This document shows positions 8,834 to 18,529 of a stretch of DNA of 64,000 bases, piece after piece (the stretch's first letter is position 1; each line of letters opens with the position of its first letter). The notes beneath the pieces are model-generated. The model did not search any database. It saw only the letters and a program-made list of their open reading frames with translations, and was not told the DNA's origin. The DNA comes from Escherichia phage anhysbys, in the sequence record NC_052656.1. The stretch is one strand, 5' to 3'. Made by a program: the position numbers and the translations under genes.

Positions 8834-9064
8834 GTGTTAAATAAAATCGAAGAAGGTTGTATGGCATTTTTGGTAGATAACCCGTTTCCCTTTATGGTTA
8901 AGGTCCATGTAGGAGAGTATTTAGGTTATGACGAATGGGATTGTAGTATCAATAGTGAAATGCACCACTACCAACCAACAATACTTAAGACGGATCAAAT
9001 GGCGCGTATTACAGTAGAGGATGAATTGATCATTGAGTTATACGAGAGAGCACTACACAAGTAA
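8834..9064 (+). CDS. hypothetical protein
   Basis: 76-aa ORF, GTG start after aggagg. Confidence 0.45.
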   Translation: MLNKIEEGCMAFLVDNPFPFMVKVHVGEYLGYDEWDCSINSEMHHYQPTILKTDQMARITVEDELIIELYERALHK

Positions 9065-9105
9065 GCTAGAACCCACCTAAATCGAACAGAGACGCTCTAA
9101 AATAG

Positions 9106-9135
9106 AAAAGGCACCCACTTGGGTGCCTTTGTTTT
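9106..9135. terminator. bidirectional intrinsic terminator at the convergence of plus and minus blocks
   Basis: AGGCACCC-ACTT-GGGTGCCT hairpin flanked by A-run upstream and T-run downstream. Confidence 0.65.
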
Positions 9136-9406
9136 ATTCTTCGTTAGATTGCGTCTCAGACGCGTTAAATTCGGTTTCAGTACAACTTGCTAAGTAACTT
9201 ATATTTTGCATCACTACAACTACAGGTGTTTGAAGTTTATCTTCTAGCCCCGCAGCCACTTGAGCCAAGGCATTATCAATATTTGATTTCCTAACGCCTG
9301 TTCCATGTCCTGTTGCCAAGTAAAGATTACCTTCCCCTTTTTGTGTAGCATTGGCAAAGTAGTAAACGTAATGTGCAAGGTAGTAATCACGGATTTCTTC
9401 AGTCAT
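9134..9406 (-). CDS. hypothetical protein
   Basis: 90-aa ORF. Confidence 0.45.
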   Translation of the reverse strand: MTEEIRDYYLAHYVYYFANATQKGEGNLYLATGHGTGVRKSNIDNALAQVAAGLEDKLQTPVVVVMQNISYLASCTETEFNASETQSNEE

Positions 9407-9449
9407 TTTATTCTCCTAATAAGAAAGGGGCCGAAGCCCCTTGAGTGGT

Positions 9450-10265
9450 TTATTTGTTTAAGTGGTCTTCGACCATTTTAATGAAACCTTCATTGCTGAA
9501 GGCTGTTGCAGCTTTTTCTCGGTAAACAAAAACTCCACGATCTTCATAGAGAAGTGTTTCTTCGTAATTAACTCCAGGGTTAACTACAACCATTTTTGTA
9601 CCCATACTAAGTGCAGGAAATAATTCCCAATTAAAATTGATAATTTGGTTTGAACATCCTACTACTACAACCAAATCTTGCATGGTCAAAGTATCGAACA
9701 AGTGAGCCATATCTGCATACAAAGGTGCAGCCTCACCAAAAAATACAACATTAGGCTTCACCCAGTTATAATCATCTATGTTTATACTATTGTAACCAAT
9801 ATCTACCAGTGTTTTGTAATCTCCAGGATGCATACGGTAAACTACTTCAGGAAGATAGCCGTGTACGTGAATAACAGAATCTCTGTCTACACCTGCTCGC
9901 TCTAGTAGATCATCAACGTTTGTTGTCAAGTTTACTATTTGGTTAGGATATTCCTTAAACCACTTTGCTATTTGAATATGTGCAGCATTAGGTTGTACAT
10001 CTTTAAGCTCAACACGTCTTTTGTTATAAAATTCGTGTGTTTTGGCATACAAATCCATACCGTTCTCGTCTACACCACCGACCACTGGAAGATCTGGAGA
10101 TGTTCTAACACGATAACCTGCTTGGAAAGCTCCAATATCGCAGACCTCTTCTAAATCATATTCTTCCCATAAAGCACGACCACTATCTGTGTCTGTTCTA
10201 AATGTTCGAATCCCACTGTCTGCACTTAAACCTGCACCGCTTACAAAAATCACTCGTCTTGGCAT
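9450..10265 (-). CDS. SIR2-family (sirtuin-like) NAD-binding protein
   Basis: GAGLSADSGIRTFR, TTNVDDLLERAG, VIHVHG, NVVFFGE and VVVVGCS match sirtuin core motifs; no Zn-ribbon cysteines. Confidence 0.7.
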   Translation of the reverse strand: MPRRVIFVSGAGLSADSGIRTFRTDTDSGRALWEEYDLEEVCDIGAFQAGYRVRTSPDLPVVGGVDENGMDLYAKTHEFYNKRRVELKDVQPNAAHIQIAKWFKEYPNQIVNLTTNVDDLLERAGVDRDSVIHVHGYLPEVVYRMHPGDYKTLVDIGYNSINIDDYNWVKPNVVFFGEAAPLYADMAHLFDTLTMQDLVVVVGCSNQIINFNWELFPALSMGTKMVVVNPGVNYEETLLYEDRGVFVYREKAATAFSNEGFIKMVEDHLNK

Positions 10266-10735
10266 TCTTCCTCCTCAAATGGATCATAAGAATTGTACTC
10301 GTAAGTATCATCTTCTGAAAATTCTACTTCGAAATAAATATCAAACTCTGCAAACAGACGTAGGATGTTAGACATGCTGTAATAATTATCGTAGGCAGAT
10401 TCAGCTTCATAGTAAACATAAAGCAAATGGTTAGCCTTATCATCTTCCAAATATTTCCCGTCTGCATACGCATAGTCTGCATATGCTTTACCTGCATCTT
10501 CCACAAGAGAACGATCAAGCAGAGTAGGAAATGGTTTCTCTTTTTCTTTTAGTTTGCTCACTAACCAATGTGCAATATCATTCCATTCTGCATCCATACC
10601 ACTAAAGCAACTTGCTTCTTCTCCAAAAGAAGCTTCTCCTAAATCGCCACTAATACGAATAACATTAGATGAATTATAGCCACACGTTTCACAATCAGAG
10701 TAACTATTATGCACATTGACATTTACTTGAAACAT
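10250..10735 (-). CDS. hypothetical acidic protein
   Basis: 161-aa ORF rich in D/E/Y. Confidence 0.45.
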   Translation of the reverse strand: MFQVNVNVHNSYSDCETCGYNSSNVIRISGDLGEASFGEEASCFSGMDAEWNDIAHWLVSKLKEKEKPFPTLLDRSLVEDAGKAYADYAYADGKYLEDDKANHLLYVYYEAESAYDNYYSMSNILRLFAEFDIYFEVEFSEDDTYEYNSYDPFEEEECQDE

Positions 10736-10793
10736 ATTCCCTCCTATAAAAGAAAAGCCCCCTGAAACAGGAGGCTTTGTTCAGATGCTGGCA

Positions 10794-11447
10794 CTATACC
10801 AGACTTTGTAGGTATTTGTCAAGGGCTTCTTGATCGCCTTGACAAACATAGCAACGGAAGTCTTGAGCCGAAGGTTGTTTATTTTCATCCCAGTCCCAAT
10901 AAACATTACCCTTATAACGTGAACCAGGAAACTCAAAAGAGGCTGTATGTGTAATGTATCCTGGGCCACCAGTGAAATCACAGAATGAGAATTGGGGGTA
11001 TGCCGCCTTTACTGCCTCAATAAACCAAGCTTTACGATCTAAAGCTTCATTGATGCTATACGCATGTCTCTCCATTTCTTCCCACGTTTTCCAGACACTT
11101 CTCTCATCAGGAGAAAAGACAAGCCATTCTGGAAGGTATAGAGTGTCATAGTAATCATCATATTCGATCTCGGAGGCGCACGAAGCTGACTCCTCCAGTT
11201 TTGAGTAATCAAAAGCAGAATATACCCACCAACCATCTTCCAGTAACGCTTTGATAGGGACGAAGCCTTTATCAGCATATTGATCGAATTGTTTGACACG
11301 GTGGCTTGTGCAGTCTTCAAACTCACATTCTAAACGATATGCACCTTTTCGACGAGCCTCAAGACCGTGTGTACTGAAAATAACAACACTTCCTTCACCA
11401 TCATTACGATCTACTTGATAAGCAACCACTGGTTTTGAATTTGACAT
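10794..11447 (-). CDS. hypothetical protein
   Basis: 217-aa ORF. Confidence 0.5.
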   Translation of the reverse strand: MSNSKPVVAYQVDRNDGEGSVVIFSTHGLEARRKGAYRLECEFEDCTSHRVKQFDQYADKGFVPIKALLEDGWWVYSAFDYSKLEESASCASEIEYDDYYDTLYLPEWLVFSPDERSVWKTWEEMERHAYSINEALDRKAWFIEAVKAAYPQFSFCDFTGGPGYITHTASFEFPGSRYKGNVYWDWDENKQPSAQDFRCYVCQGDQEALDKYLQSLV

Positions 11448-12130
11448 TATTTCTCCTTATCTAGAAGATTGTTAGACAAAAACACTGCACGAGCAAAACC
11501 ACGTGCGGTTAGTGATCTAAGTTGTTTTGTTTTTGCACTAGCTCCACCTAAGCTTTTCCAACCCCAGAAGCAGCCTATATGATCTACTGGTTTCTTAACT
11601 GGTTGAACAAAACCATTGCCGTGCCAAATACAAGTTTTCTTTGTATACCCATCACGGGTAGGCATTTTAGGATGAAAGCTTCCTTCCTCTTCAAACAAAT
11701 ACCCACCATACTCATAAGGATCAAAGTAAAAATCGGGTTTACGCCATAAGGTTGAAAGTTTACCTACTGGGTTCTCAATCATCCAAGGAACATTATATTT
11801 GTTACCCAAAGCTTCCACTACACGAATATTAGCTAAAGCTTCATCCAATTCCTCTGTGCTGCGTTCGTGTTTGCTACCACTACCTGCTAACATAGTGCAA
11901 GGTGGAAATCCAAAAATAATATCGGGTTTAGGTATCCCATGATCTTCAGGGTTGAATGTAGAATCTATCCAGGCATTCACATAGGTTATGTTTGGGTGCT
12001 CCATCCTAACCTCGTATTTACCGTGATCCCCTTCATCAGCGTTTACACAAAAACACTTGTGACCTGCTTCGGCATAACGTAACACCATGATCCCAGATCC
12101 GTCAAACATAGACAAAACTGTTTTACTCAT
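11447..12130 (-). CDS. putative methyltransferase-like protein (C5-MTase-like FDGSG and GFPPC motifs)
   Basis: Start moved to ATG 12130 after GGAGGGG; SMFDGSG and FGFPPC resemble motifs I and IV of cytosine-C5 MTases; protein is short for a full MTase. Confidence 0.35.
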   Translation of the reverse strand: MSKTVLSMFDGSGIMVLRYAEAGHKCFCVNADEGDHGKYEVRMEHPNITYVNAWIDSTFNPEDHGIPKPDIIFGFPPCTMLAGSGSKHERSTEELDEALANIRVVEALGNKYNVPWMIENPVGKLSTLWRKPDFYFDPYEYGGYLFEEEGSFHPKMPTRDGYTKKTCIWHGNGFVQPVKKPVDHIGCFWGWKSLGGASAKTKQLRSLTARGFARAVFLSNNLLDKEK

Positions 12131-12536
12131 TACCCCTCCATTCAAGACAAGCCATAACTTTACGCCAATCACTTTCTGTAAGAAAAATCTCGTTTGCTTT
12201 CTTCCACAAATCTAAATCGTGAAGGGTTGGAATACGATATGTTAGTTCACAGAATCTATGCTCTTCTTCTGTAATATAACCAAAATGCAGAGCCACATCG
12301 TGAAACCAACACCAACCATGCATCTCTCGAACAACATGGTCATGTTGAGACATTATTTTATGCCGTAAACCTAACCAACAAGGAACAGATACTTTAGTAG
12401 TCTTTAATCTGTGATCAACAGTATTAGAGTATTCAATAATAGCTGTCAGTTTCAATCGTGCTTTTTCTAAATCCTCATGCGTCACTTTGAAATAACTTTC
12501 TGAAAGATATCCACACATATTAATAACCTCCTTCAA
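12123..12536 (-). CDS. hypothetical protein
   Basis: 137-aa ORF. Confidence 0.45.
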   Translation of the reverse strand: MKEVINMCGYLSESYFKVTHEDLEKARLKLTAIIEYSNTVDHRLKTTKVSVPCWLGLRHKIMSQHDHVVREMHGWCWFHDVALHFGYITEEEHRFCELTYRIPTLHDLDLWKKANEIFLTESDWRKVMACLEWRGNE

Positions 12537-13461
12537 AAGGCTTTACTACATGTTGATTAGCTTTAAAACGTTCAACATAGTCGTTTTCGCCCATGTTTTC
12601 ATATAGCTTAATAACAACATAAAAGTTTTCCCAAGCATATTCCCTAAACCAACCACTAGTGATGGATGTGCAGACTTTAGATAAAGCCATTATAAAACTT
12701 TGCTTAGGGGTTGGACCTCCGATCTCTCCACCGAAAGGAATTTGTGAACGTTCCAAAGCCAAAACACACGCTTCTTCATAAACACCTAACAGGCGCACAT
12801 GTTTTGGTTGAGCAAAAAACTTTTCTTTGCTGGTCATAACTTCACTTCCATCTTTCATATAAGATTTATATGCTGGGGCATCCATTACCGCGATTGCTTC
12901 ATGGATAGAATCATGATCATAAACATACGGAACCTCATCACCTTTAAAAAAGTCTTTACTTTTTACGTTTAAGTTCGGATGAGAGTAAGTGTATGTTTCT
13001 TTCTCACGCAACTCATAAATACTCTTAAGATTTTCTGGGATCTTTGCGCCAAGTGACCGCATGAAATGAATATCTTTCATAGTTTTAAAGAAGTGAGGAC
13101 TATCCTTTTTAAAACGATGACTCATTTTAAGAAGGTAGAGCACATCTAAAGGAGCAACAACATGTCCAGCATAAGTTCGACGAACATCATCAGAATCTTC
13201 ACAATAACTAATCAAAGCTTCTGTGCTATCTCCTTGAGAAGCAATATCGTATTCCAAATGTGCACCAGCTATCATTTTGACATGGCCTTTGTTCCCTTTA
13301 CGTTCTACAAGTTCAACAAACTCATCTTGAGAGAACATTTTTGATAATTCTTCCCACTCTTGTTCTGTACACAGGTAATCTAAATCTACACAAGGGCGAT
13401 ACAAGTCTTTTCCCATGTCCATAGCATGAATTTGTAATGCACGGCTACCAATTAACACCAT
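12520..13461 (-). CDS. hypothetical protein (313 aa)
   Basis: Long ORF; N-terminal GS...DLD pattern is only weakly nucleotidyltransferase-like. Confidence 0.5.
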   Translation of the reverse strand: MVLIGSRALQIHAMDMGKDLYRPCVDLDYLCTEQEWEELSKMFSQDEFVELVERKGNKGHVKMIAGAHLEYDIASQGDSTEALISYCEDSDDVRRTYAGHVVAPLDVLYLLKMSHRFKKDSPHFFKTMKDIHFMRSLGAKIPENLKSIYELREKETYTYSHPNLNVKSKDFFKGDEVPYVYDHDSIHEAIAVMDAPAYKSYMKDGSEVMTSKEKFFAQPKHVRLLGVYEEACVLALERSQIPFGGEIGGPTPKQSFIMALSKVCTSITSGWFREYAWENFYVVIKLYENMGENDYVERFKANQHVVKPFEGGY

Positions 13462-13519
13462 AATATTTCTCCTCTATTGGTTGATAGGTTAAGTTTATCA
13501 AGCTTCCAGATTCCTGTCA

Positions 13520-13545
13520 ATAAAAAACCCGCCGAAGCGGGTTAT
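13520..13545 (-). terminator. intrinsic terminator (UUCG tetraloop) on minus strand
   Basis: Minus-strand CCCGC-UUCG-GCGGG followed by UUUUUU. Confidence 0.7.
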
Positions 13546-13551
13546 TATTTA

Positions 13552-13824
13552 CTAACACATTGAGGAAGAAGAGATCCAAACACCTCTTGTGGTTAAACCA
13601 TTTTCATCCAACTCTACACCATAATCTTCACAAATGAAATCAATATAGTGATCTGCGGCTGGCGTTCCTGTAGGGTAATAAGTTTCTCCGTTACCGTAGT
13701 CACCTATCCAAGCTTGTTCCTGAAACTGTTCACAAAGTTCTTCAATTTCCTTACGAAACTTTCTTTGTGCTTGTTCCATCTCTTTAACTTTCTTTTTTAT
13801 CAGCAGTTCGCCTTCAGACTCCAC
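13552..13824 (-). CDS. hypothetical acidic protein, paralog family 2 (C-terminal GVWISSSSMC)
   Basis: 90-aa ORF; GTG start after AAGGAGAG overlapping upstream stop. Confidence 0.5.
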   Translation of the reverse strand: MESEGELLIKKKVKEMEQAQRKFRKEIEELCEQFQEQAWIGDYGNGETYYPTGTPAADHYIDFICEDYGVELDENGLTTRGVWISSSSMC

Positions 13825-13833
13825 AATCTCTCC

Positions 13834-14052
13834 TTAACAGCTACTACTGTGCCAAACGCCTTGAGAATTAACGACGAAACCATCATCACCTTCACCATAA
13901 CAAGAAGAGGATTGCCAATCTTCAAAACAGATTGCGTCATTTTCTAAACTAAGACCAAAACCAGCATCTTCAGCTTCTTTTGTAAGTTCGTCCACTAAAG
14001 CCATAATAGCTTGGGCTTTTTCAGTTAATTCTTCAACATTACGATCACTCAT
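13834..14052 (-). CDS. hypothetical acidic protein, paralog family 2 (EDWQSSSC and C-terminal GVWHSSSC)
   Basis: Start moved to ATG 14052 (aggaga RBS, ATGA overlap with upstream stop). Confidence 0.5.
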   Translation of the reverse strand: MSDRNVEELTEKAQAIMALVDELTKEAEDAGFGLSLENDAICFEDWQSSSCYGEGDDGFVVNSQGVWHSSSC

Positions 14053-14321
14053 TAGTATTTCTCCTCTGGTTGGAAAACTGAACGACAGGCCCACATAGAA
14101 GCTTCTTTCAACTTAGTCTTTGCTATTGAAATTTGGTCAAGGCGGGTGGATATATTGGTAGACTCTTCCAAATCTTCACAATCATCCAGTTCAGCCCACA
14201 ATTCAGACATTAGAGCATCAAAGATTAATCCTAATCGAACTTCAGCATCTTTAATAGCATTCACTTTACCAATTTTGTCATCGGTATGCGGTTTATAACC
14301 TTTGATATCTTCGATTCCCAC
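14052..14321 (-). CDS. hypothetical protein
   Basis: Start moved to GTG 14321 preceded by AGGAGG. Confidence 0.4.
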   Translation of the reverse strand: MGIEDIKGYKPHTDDKIGKVNAIKDAEVRLGLIFDALMSELWAELDDCEDLEESTNISTRLDQISIAKTKLKEASMWACRSVFQPEEKY

Positions 14322-14332
14322 TTTACCTCCTA

Positions 14333-14530
14333 TTAACAACTTAAAGAAGATGGATGCCAATTTGTTCCAGTATTCTCATTTTCATCTTCTGGATCATAAT
14401 AACCTCCCATCCCATATTCAGGGGAGAAACTGAAACCTTCACCAGTCTCGTCTGCTAACTGTTCTGCTTCCGCTAAAGCCTCATAAGCTGCTTTTACGGC
14501 TTCTTCTACTGTTTTAAACTTGGTCGTCAT
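14333..14530 (-). CDS. hypothetical acidic protein, paralog family 2 (C-terminal NWHPSSLSC)
   Basis: 65-aa ORF. Confidence 0.5.
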   Translation of the reverse strand: MTTKFKTVEEAVKAAYEALAEAEQLADETGEGFSFSPEYGMGGYYDPEDENENTGTNWHPSSLSC

Positions 14531-14804
14531 AAAATTTCTCCTCTCCTAAAGACATGTTGACATGAAATGCACGATATGTAAATTCGTTGTCCGTTGTGTT
14601 TGAATAAAACTCAAATTGAACAACACCGTCTTGAGAAGACAGATACATGCCAATTTGAACTGTTCCTTCTGGTACCAGGTAAGCATACTCTGGACGTAGT
14701 GTTACATTGTAAAAATAAAGTTCCCCAACACCCATTTCATCCCAAGCTTCCCAAGCGGTAACGAAGTTACTTTCAAAACTTGTTACTGATCCGAACTCTG
14801 CCAT
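14514..14804 (-). CDS. hypothetical protein
   Basis: 96-aa ORF. Confidence 0.45.
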   Translation of the reverse strand: MAEFGSVTSFESNFVTAWEAWDEMGVGELYFYNVTLRPEYAYLVPEGTVQIGMYLSSQDGVVQFEFYSNTTDNEFTYRAFHVNMSLGEEKFYDDQV

Positions 14805-15295
14805 AAAACCTCCTCAATCTTGTAGTTTGACTCCATCTCCAACACATTTCCACGAACGTCTCTCCGAAGAAAGGCATAAGCTTTATTAGGTATTGTAGAC
14901 TCATATTTAACCATATCTGGCACAGCAAAAGATACTACTACTCCTGCTGGGCTTCTGTCAAGAGCCTTATTAATATTTCTAAGGATATCGTTAGCCAAAA
15001 TTTCTGCCAATTCTCCAAGAACGGTTTCGGTTATATCTTTATATCCCATTAAGTATTTGTTGATATCTTTCATCTCTGTATTGTTCAGAGTATAATCCAA
15101 AGGATAGAAATTCAAAGCGGAGTCACTTTTATGTGTCCACATGAAATGCACCCGATCCGAGCAGAATCGTAACCCTCTTTGAAGAATATCTTCTACAACA
15201 GGCAGAATTTCTTTTGTCACATCATTAACCATGTTGTAATCTAAGATTTCTGCCAAGTTTGTTCTTTGTTCACCACGTTTACGTTTAGGAATCAC
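14783..15295 (-). CDS. hypothetical protein
   Basis: 170-aa ORF. Confidence 0.5.
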   Translation of the reverse strand: MIPKRKRGEQRTNLAEILDYNMVNDVTKEILPVVEDILQRGLRFCSDRVHFMWTHKSDSALNFYPLDYTLNNTEMKDINKYLMGYKDITETVLGELAEILANDILRNINKALDRSPAGVVVSFAVPDMVKYESTIPNKAYAFLRRDVRGNVLEMESNYKIEEVLWQSSDQ

Positions 15296-15866
15296 TTGTT
15301 ATTGCCCTCATTACCAAAGGTCGTAGAAAATCGTAAATCTCTTGTTTTGTTTTCCCACGAATGTTTAAACAAGGAACATTATTGGCTTTAGCTATCTTCC
15401 AAGCCGTAGCTGTTCCACCTTTTGCATCTCCATGTTTATCAGTATTAGCACAAGCCAACAAGAAACATGATGGAGCAGGATTCTCCAAATCTCTACCTAA
15501 CACTTGATGCACATTACGTTGGTGCAATTTTCTAGCACCCTGCTTAAGCTTTTCATAGGCTGGGTGAACATCTTTGATCCATTGCACAGAGATAGCATAG
15601 TTCATTGTATCTGGTTTTGCAAGAACAATAACATCCCCTGGAATCTGATTACCTTTGAAATTTTCCCAAGGAACATAAATCTCCTTGTTAGTAGGATTTT
15701 CAGACTCTTGGACACCTGTTTCAAAAGCAGAATCACTACCCTCTGCCTTCCCAGACCTTAATTTAAACCCAAGGTTTGAAAGCCATTTCCCTATGCCTAC
15801 CATCAAAGCCCACTCTTCTTCGGATATGTCTCTACTTCCAACTCCCGTATAGAACAGTTCTGCCAT
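15285..15866 (-). CDS. DprA/Smf-like Rossmann-fold protein (SLOG superfamily)
   Basis: GVGSRDIS ... GFKLRSGKAEGSDSAFETG resembles the DprA/SLOG nucleotide-binding motif; start moved to ATG 15866 after GAGGTG. Confidence 0.4.
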   Translation of the reverse strand: MAELFYTGVGSRDISEEEWALMVGIGKWLSNLGFKLRSGKAEGSDSAFETGVQESENPTNKEIYVPWENFKGNQIPGDVIVLAKPDTMNYAISVQWIKDVHPAYEKLKQGARKLHQRNVHQVLGRDLENPAPSCFLLACANTDKHGDAKGGTATAWKIAKANNVPCLNIRGKTKQEIYDFLRPLVMRAITSDS

Positions 15867-15873
15867 AATCACC

Positions 15874-16182
15874 TCAACAAGTAATTTCAAAAGGTGTATA
15901 GGGTTCCGTATTTCTCATGATCCAAGGACTGCTAGGATTGCTCGGATCATAAGGGCCAAAAGGTTTTATGGTAGGTTGTGTTTCTTTCTTCTGAATCTCT
16001 TCAAAAATACGACGAAGTTCAGAATATTCTTGATCCACCATAAGATTCGGTGCATCTGATTCTACAGCTTGCAGGTTATCTTCCTTAAGAACAATCTCAC
16101 GAACAAGATTAACATCTTCTGTTTCTAAGATAACTTCTTTACGGATATTACCTACACTTTGAATAATTGTAATCTTATACAT
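15874..16182 (-). CDS. hypothetical protein
   Basis: 102-aa ORF. Confidence 0.45.
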   Translation of the reverse strand: MYKITIIQSVGNIRKEVILETEDVNLVREIVLKEDNLQAVESDAPNLMVDQEYSELRRIFEEIQKKETQPTIKPFGPYDPSNPSSPWIMRNTEPYTPFEITC

Positions 16183-16925
16183 TAATCCTCCTCAAGAGTT
16201 GAATAAAATTGAAGACCACCGTCCATATCGAAATAAGCAAATGTTAAGTTATTATTGAACACAGATCCAGTATCCATATAAACACGATTCGCATTGATAA
16301 TAGGTGTTTTTACATAAGAGTGTCCATGAAACACATAATCCACACCCATCACAACAGGAAGTTTCATTCCCTCTTTAGCACAATCCACCATATCTCTGTC
16401 CCACATAAGTGCTTCAGCAAAACGGTTTTCCTGTGTTTTTGTCATCTTCGAAGTGTATTCTGGAATATCTGTTACAGGGAGATATTCCAAAGAAGACGGA
16501 TACCCACCATGAATAAACGCAAGTTTCATGCCTCTGTAGTTAACAATGAGAACAACAGGTAAATCTTCTGTCATCATTGCTAAGGCTGTAGCTCCTTCTT
16601 CACCACATTCTTCAAAGACCGTATATCCTCCATTTTGATACCAACACTCGTAGTAGCTACGATCTCCTTCCAGCATACCTTTAATCATCATGTCTTCATG
16701 ATTGCCACGAATAGCGTAGCGATTGTGTTTACGAGTAAATTCTAAAACACAACGAAAATTTTGCTTTCCACGGTCAGTAAGATCTCCTAGAGATACAACC
16801 ACATCTGTATCTCGGATACCTAACTTTGCCTTTCCTTTTTCATACAAATTATAACAACCGTGTAGATCTCCAATTATAAAAAGATCTTGATCGCTTTTAA
16901 CAGTAATTTCTCTGTGTATGATCAC
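16182..16925 (-). CDS. Ser/Thr protein phosphatase (PPP family, lambda-PPase-like)
   Basis: GDLHG, GDLTDRG and GNHE metallophosphatase motifs. Confidence 0.85.
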   Translation of the reverse strand: MIIHREITVKSDQDLFIIGDLHGCYNLYEKGKAKLGIRDTDVVVSLGDLTDRGKQNFRCVLEFTRKHNRYAIRGNHEDMMIKGMLEGDRSYYECWYQNGGYTVFEECGEEGATALAMMTEDLPVVLIVNYRGMKLAFIHGGYPSSLEYLPVTDIPEYTSKMTKTQENRFAEALMWDRDMVDCAKEGMKLPVVMGVDYVFHGHSYVKTPIINANRVYMDTGSVFNNNLTFAYFDMDGGLQFYSTLEED

Positions 16926-17251
16926 TTATCCTCCTCAAAATCTAAGAAAATAAAAATATTCACCTTTCCTTCAATCTCTTGTTCTAAAACAAGATCGGCA
17001 AATTCTGCATAAGCTTTCTCTTCAACTTTTTCAATATGTTCTGCGGCATCTTTAAAAGGCGTATCCCCATCCACCTTTACTAATAAGAAAAGAGATCGCA
17101 TTTCGACGTTTTTACTGTTACGAGGAAGGAAATCTACAGCTTCAACAATTCTCCAACCCAAATAGCCAGGGGTTTTATGAATCTCCCCTAAATACTTTTC
17201 TAAGATTTTACGACCCTCGTCGATAAGGGCTTGTTCTGTAGTAATTTCCAT
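16922..17251 (-). CDS. hypothetical protein
   Basis: 109-aa ORF. Confidence 0.45.
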   Translation of the reverse strand: MEITTEQALIDEGRKILEKYLGEIHKTPGYLGWRIVEAVDFLPRNSKNVEMRSLFLLVKVDGDTPFKDAAEHIEKVEEKAYAEFADLVLEQEIEGKVNIFIFLDFEEDK

Positions 17252-17261
17252 TCCTTCCTCC

Positions 17262-17852
17262 TCAAATTATTAACGAAACCGCATGACTAAATCTTGGTTC
17301 AGATATAACCTCTGCTACAGTCACATATGTATCGTGCAGCCAAAAAGATTCTACTCTACAAACACAAATACCGTTGATAATGAAATCTACACAGGCTTTA
17401 TTATTTTCGCACACTTGTTGACTATAAACAACCCCTAAAGAGTCATAAAGTGATCTCACTGTTGCTACCATTTCATCTGTTTCGTCTTCCTGTGAAACAA
17501 AGAAAACGAATACAGACAAGTTATTAGCGAAAGTATTGCTATTCTCTACTTCAACCGACTTACAAGGTAAAAAGGAGTAATATTTACCGTTAGGTATCAA
17601 TTTCGCCTCAACCTGGTTAAGTATGCTTTGAGATGGTTTTGTTACATAAAAAAGATTTTCTGTTGGGTTTTCAACATTGCTCCTTACTATGCAACGAGTG
17701 GGGTTCGAAGGATCAAAAACATGATCGAAATCGACACACACAGGTAAGTTAACAACTTTAAACTTTTTGCTAAGAATGCTTACTGCTGTAAAAATCAAAC
17801 CAGCATTTATTTTGCCAGTGAAAGTTGAACGCATAACTACTCCTCGGATCAT
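17262..17852 (-). CDS. hypothetical protein
   Basis: 196-aa ORF. Confidence 0.5.
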   Translation of the reverse strand: MIRGVVMRSTFTGKINAGLIFTAVSILSKKFKVVNLPVCVDFDHVFDPSNPTRCIVRSNVENPTENLFYVTKPSQSILNQVEAKLIPNGKYYSFLPCKSVEVENSNTFANNLSVFVFFVSQEDETDEMVATVRSLYDSLGVVYSQQVCENNKACVDFIINGICVCRVESFWLHDTYVTVAEVISEPRFSHAVSLII

Positions 17853-18043
17853 TCTACCAAAGAGAATTCCGCCTCTTCTAGGTAGATTACAGACCTTGTT
17901 GCATGATATTTAACGCTCCAGAAATTACCTTCGCGCCGTAAAAGTATCTCATTCACATCAAGATTGCTTAGAAAAACCATATAACTTAAAGCTTGTTGAC
18001 GCGTTGAGAATTGTTTCTCTAAAAGTTCTTCTCCGCTCTGCAT
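17849..18043 (-). CDS. hypothetical protein
   Basis: 64-aa ORF. Confidence 0.4.
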   Translation of the reverse strand: MQSGEELLEKQFSTRQQALSYMVFLSNLDVNEILLRREGNFWSVKYHATRSVIYLEEAEFSLVE

Positions 18044-18089
18044 AATCCCTCCTTAAAAATACTCCCTCCGAAAAGGGAGTATAAGTATA

Positions 18090-18293
18090 TCACGTAGTTG
18101 TTATGTTGTCTTCTTGGATACTAGAATCCACTTCTGCAAACATATCTTCTGCACTGTAATTATTTCCAGTCCAGCGTGATAAAAGGATAGCACCAATCTC
18201 TTTTGCATGAGATTCGGACTCCGCATAAACGTTAGTCCCAGTGTCACCTTTTTTCTTTTCATGTGCATAAATGCAGTAATAATTGTAAGCCAT
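18090..18293 (-). CDS. hypothetical protein
   Basis: 67-aa ORF. Confidence 0.4.
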   Translation of the reverse strand: MAYNYYCIYAHEKKKGDTGTNVYAESESHAKEIGAILLSRWTGNNYSAEDMFAEVDSSIQEDNITTT

Positions 18294-18529
18294 TAATCTT
18301 CCCAGTCATTGCCCTCGGTAGAGTGAACTAAAGCTCGCACGATACCACCGTAATCTACTGCCTGATTTGCAGCATGTTCGGCATAAACTTCAATGGCTTT
18401 TTTGAAGAAAAGAGCAGTAGCTGCTTCAATATTATCCATTTCGCCATCTACGTCAGTAGAAAGTGAAAGGTTGAGGCTTTCATCTACTTCATCAAAATCA
18501 ATAGCCACTGTCATAATTAGTTTACCCAT
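18293..18529 (-). CDS. hypothetical protein
   Basis: 78-aa ORF. Confidence 0.4.
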   Translation of the reverse strand: MGKLIMTVAIDFDEVDESLNLSLSTDVDGEMDNIEAATALFFKKAIEVYAEHAANQAVDYGGIVRALVHSTEGNDWED

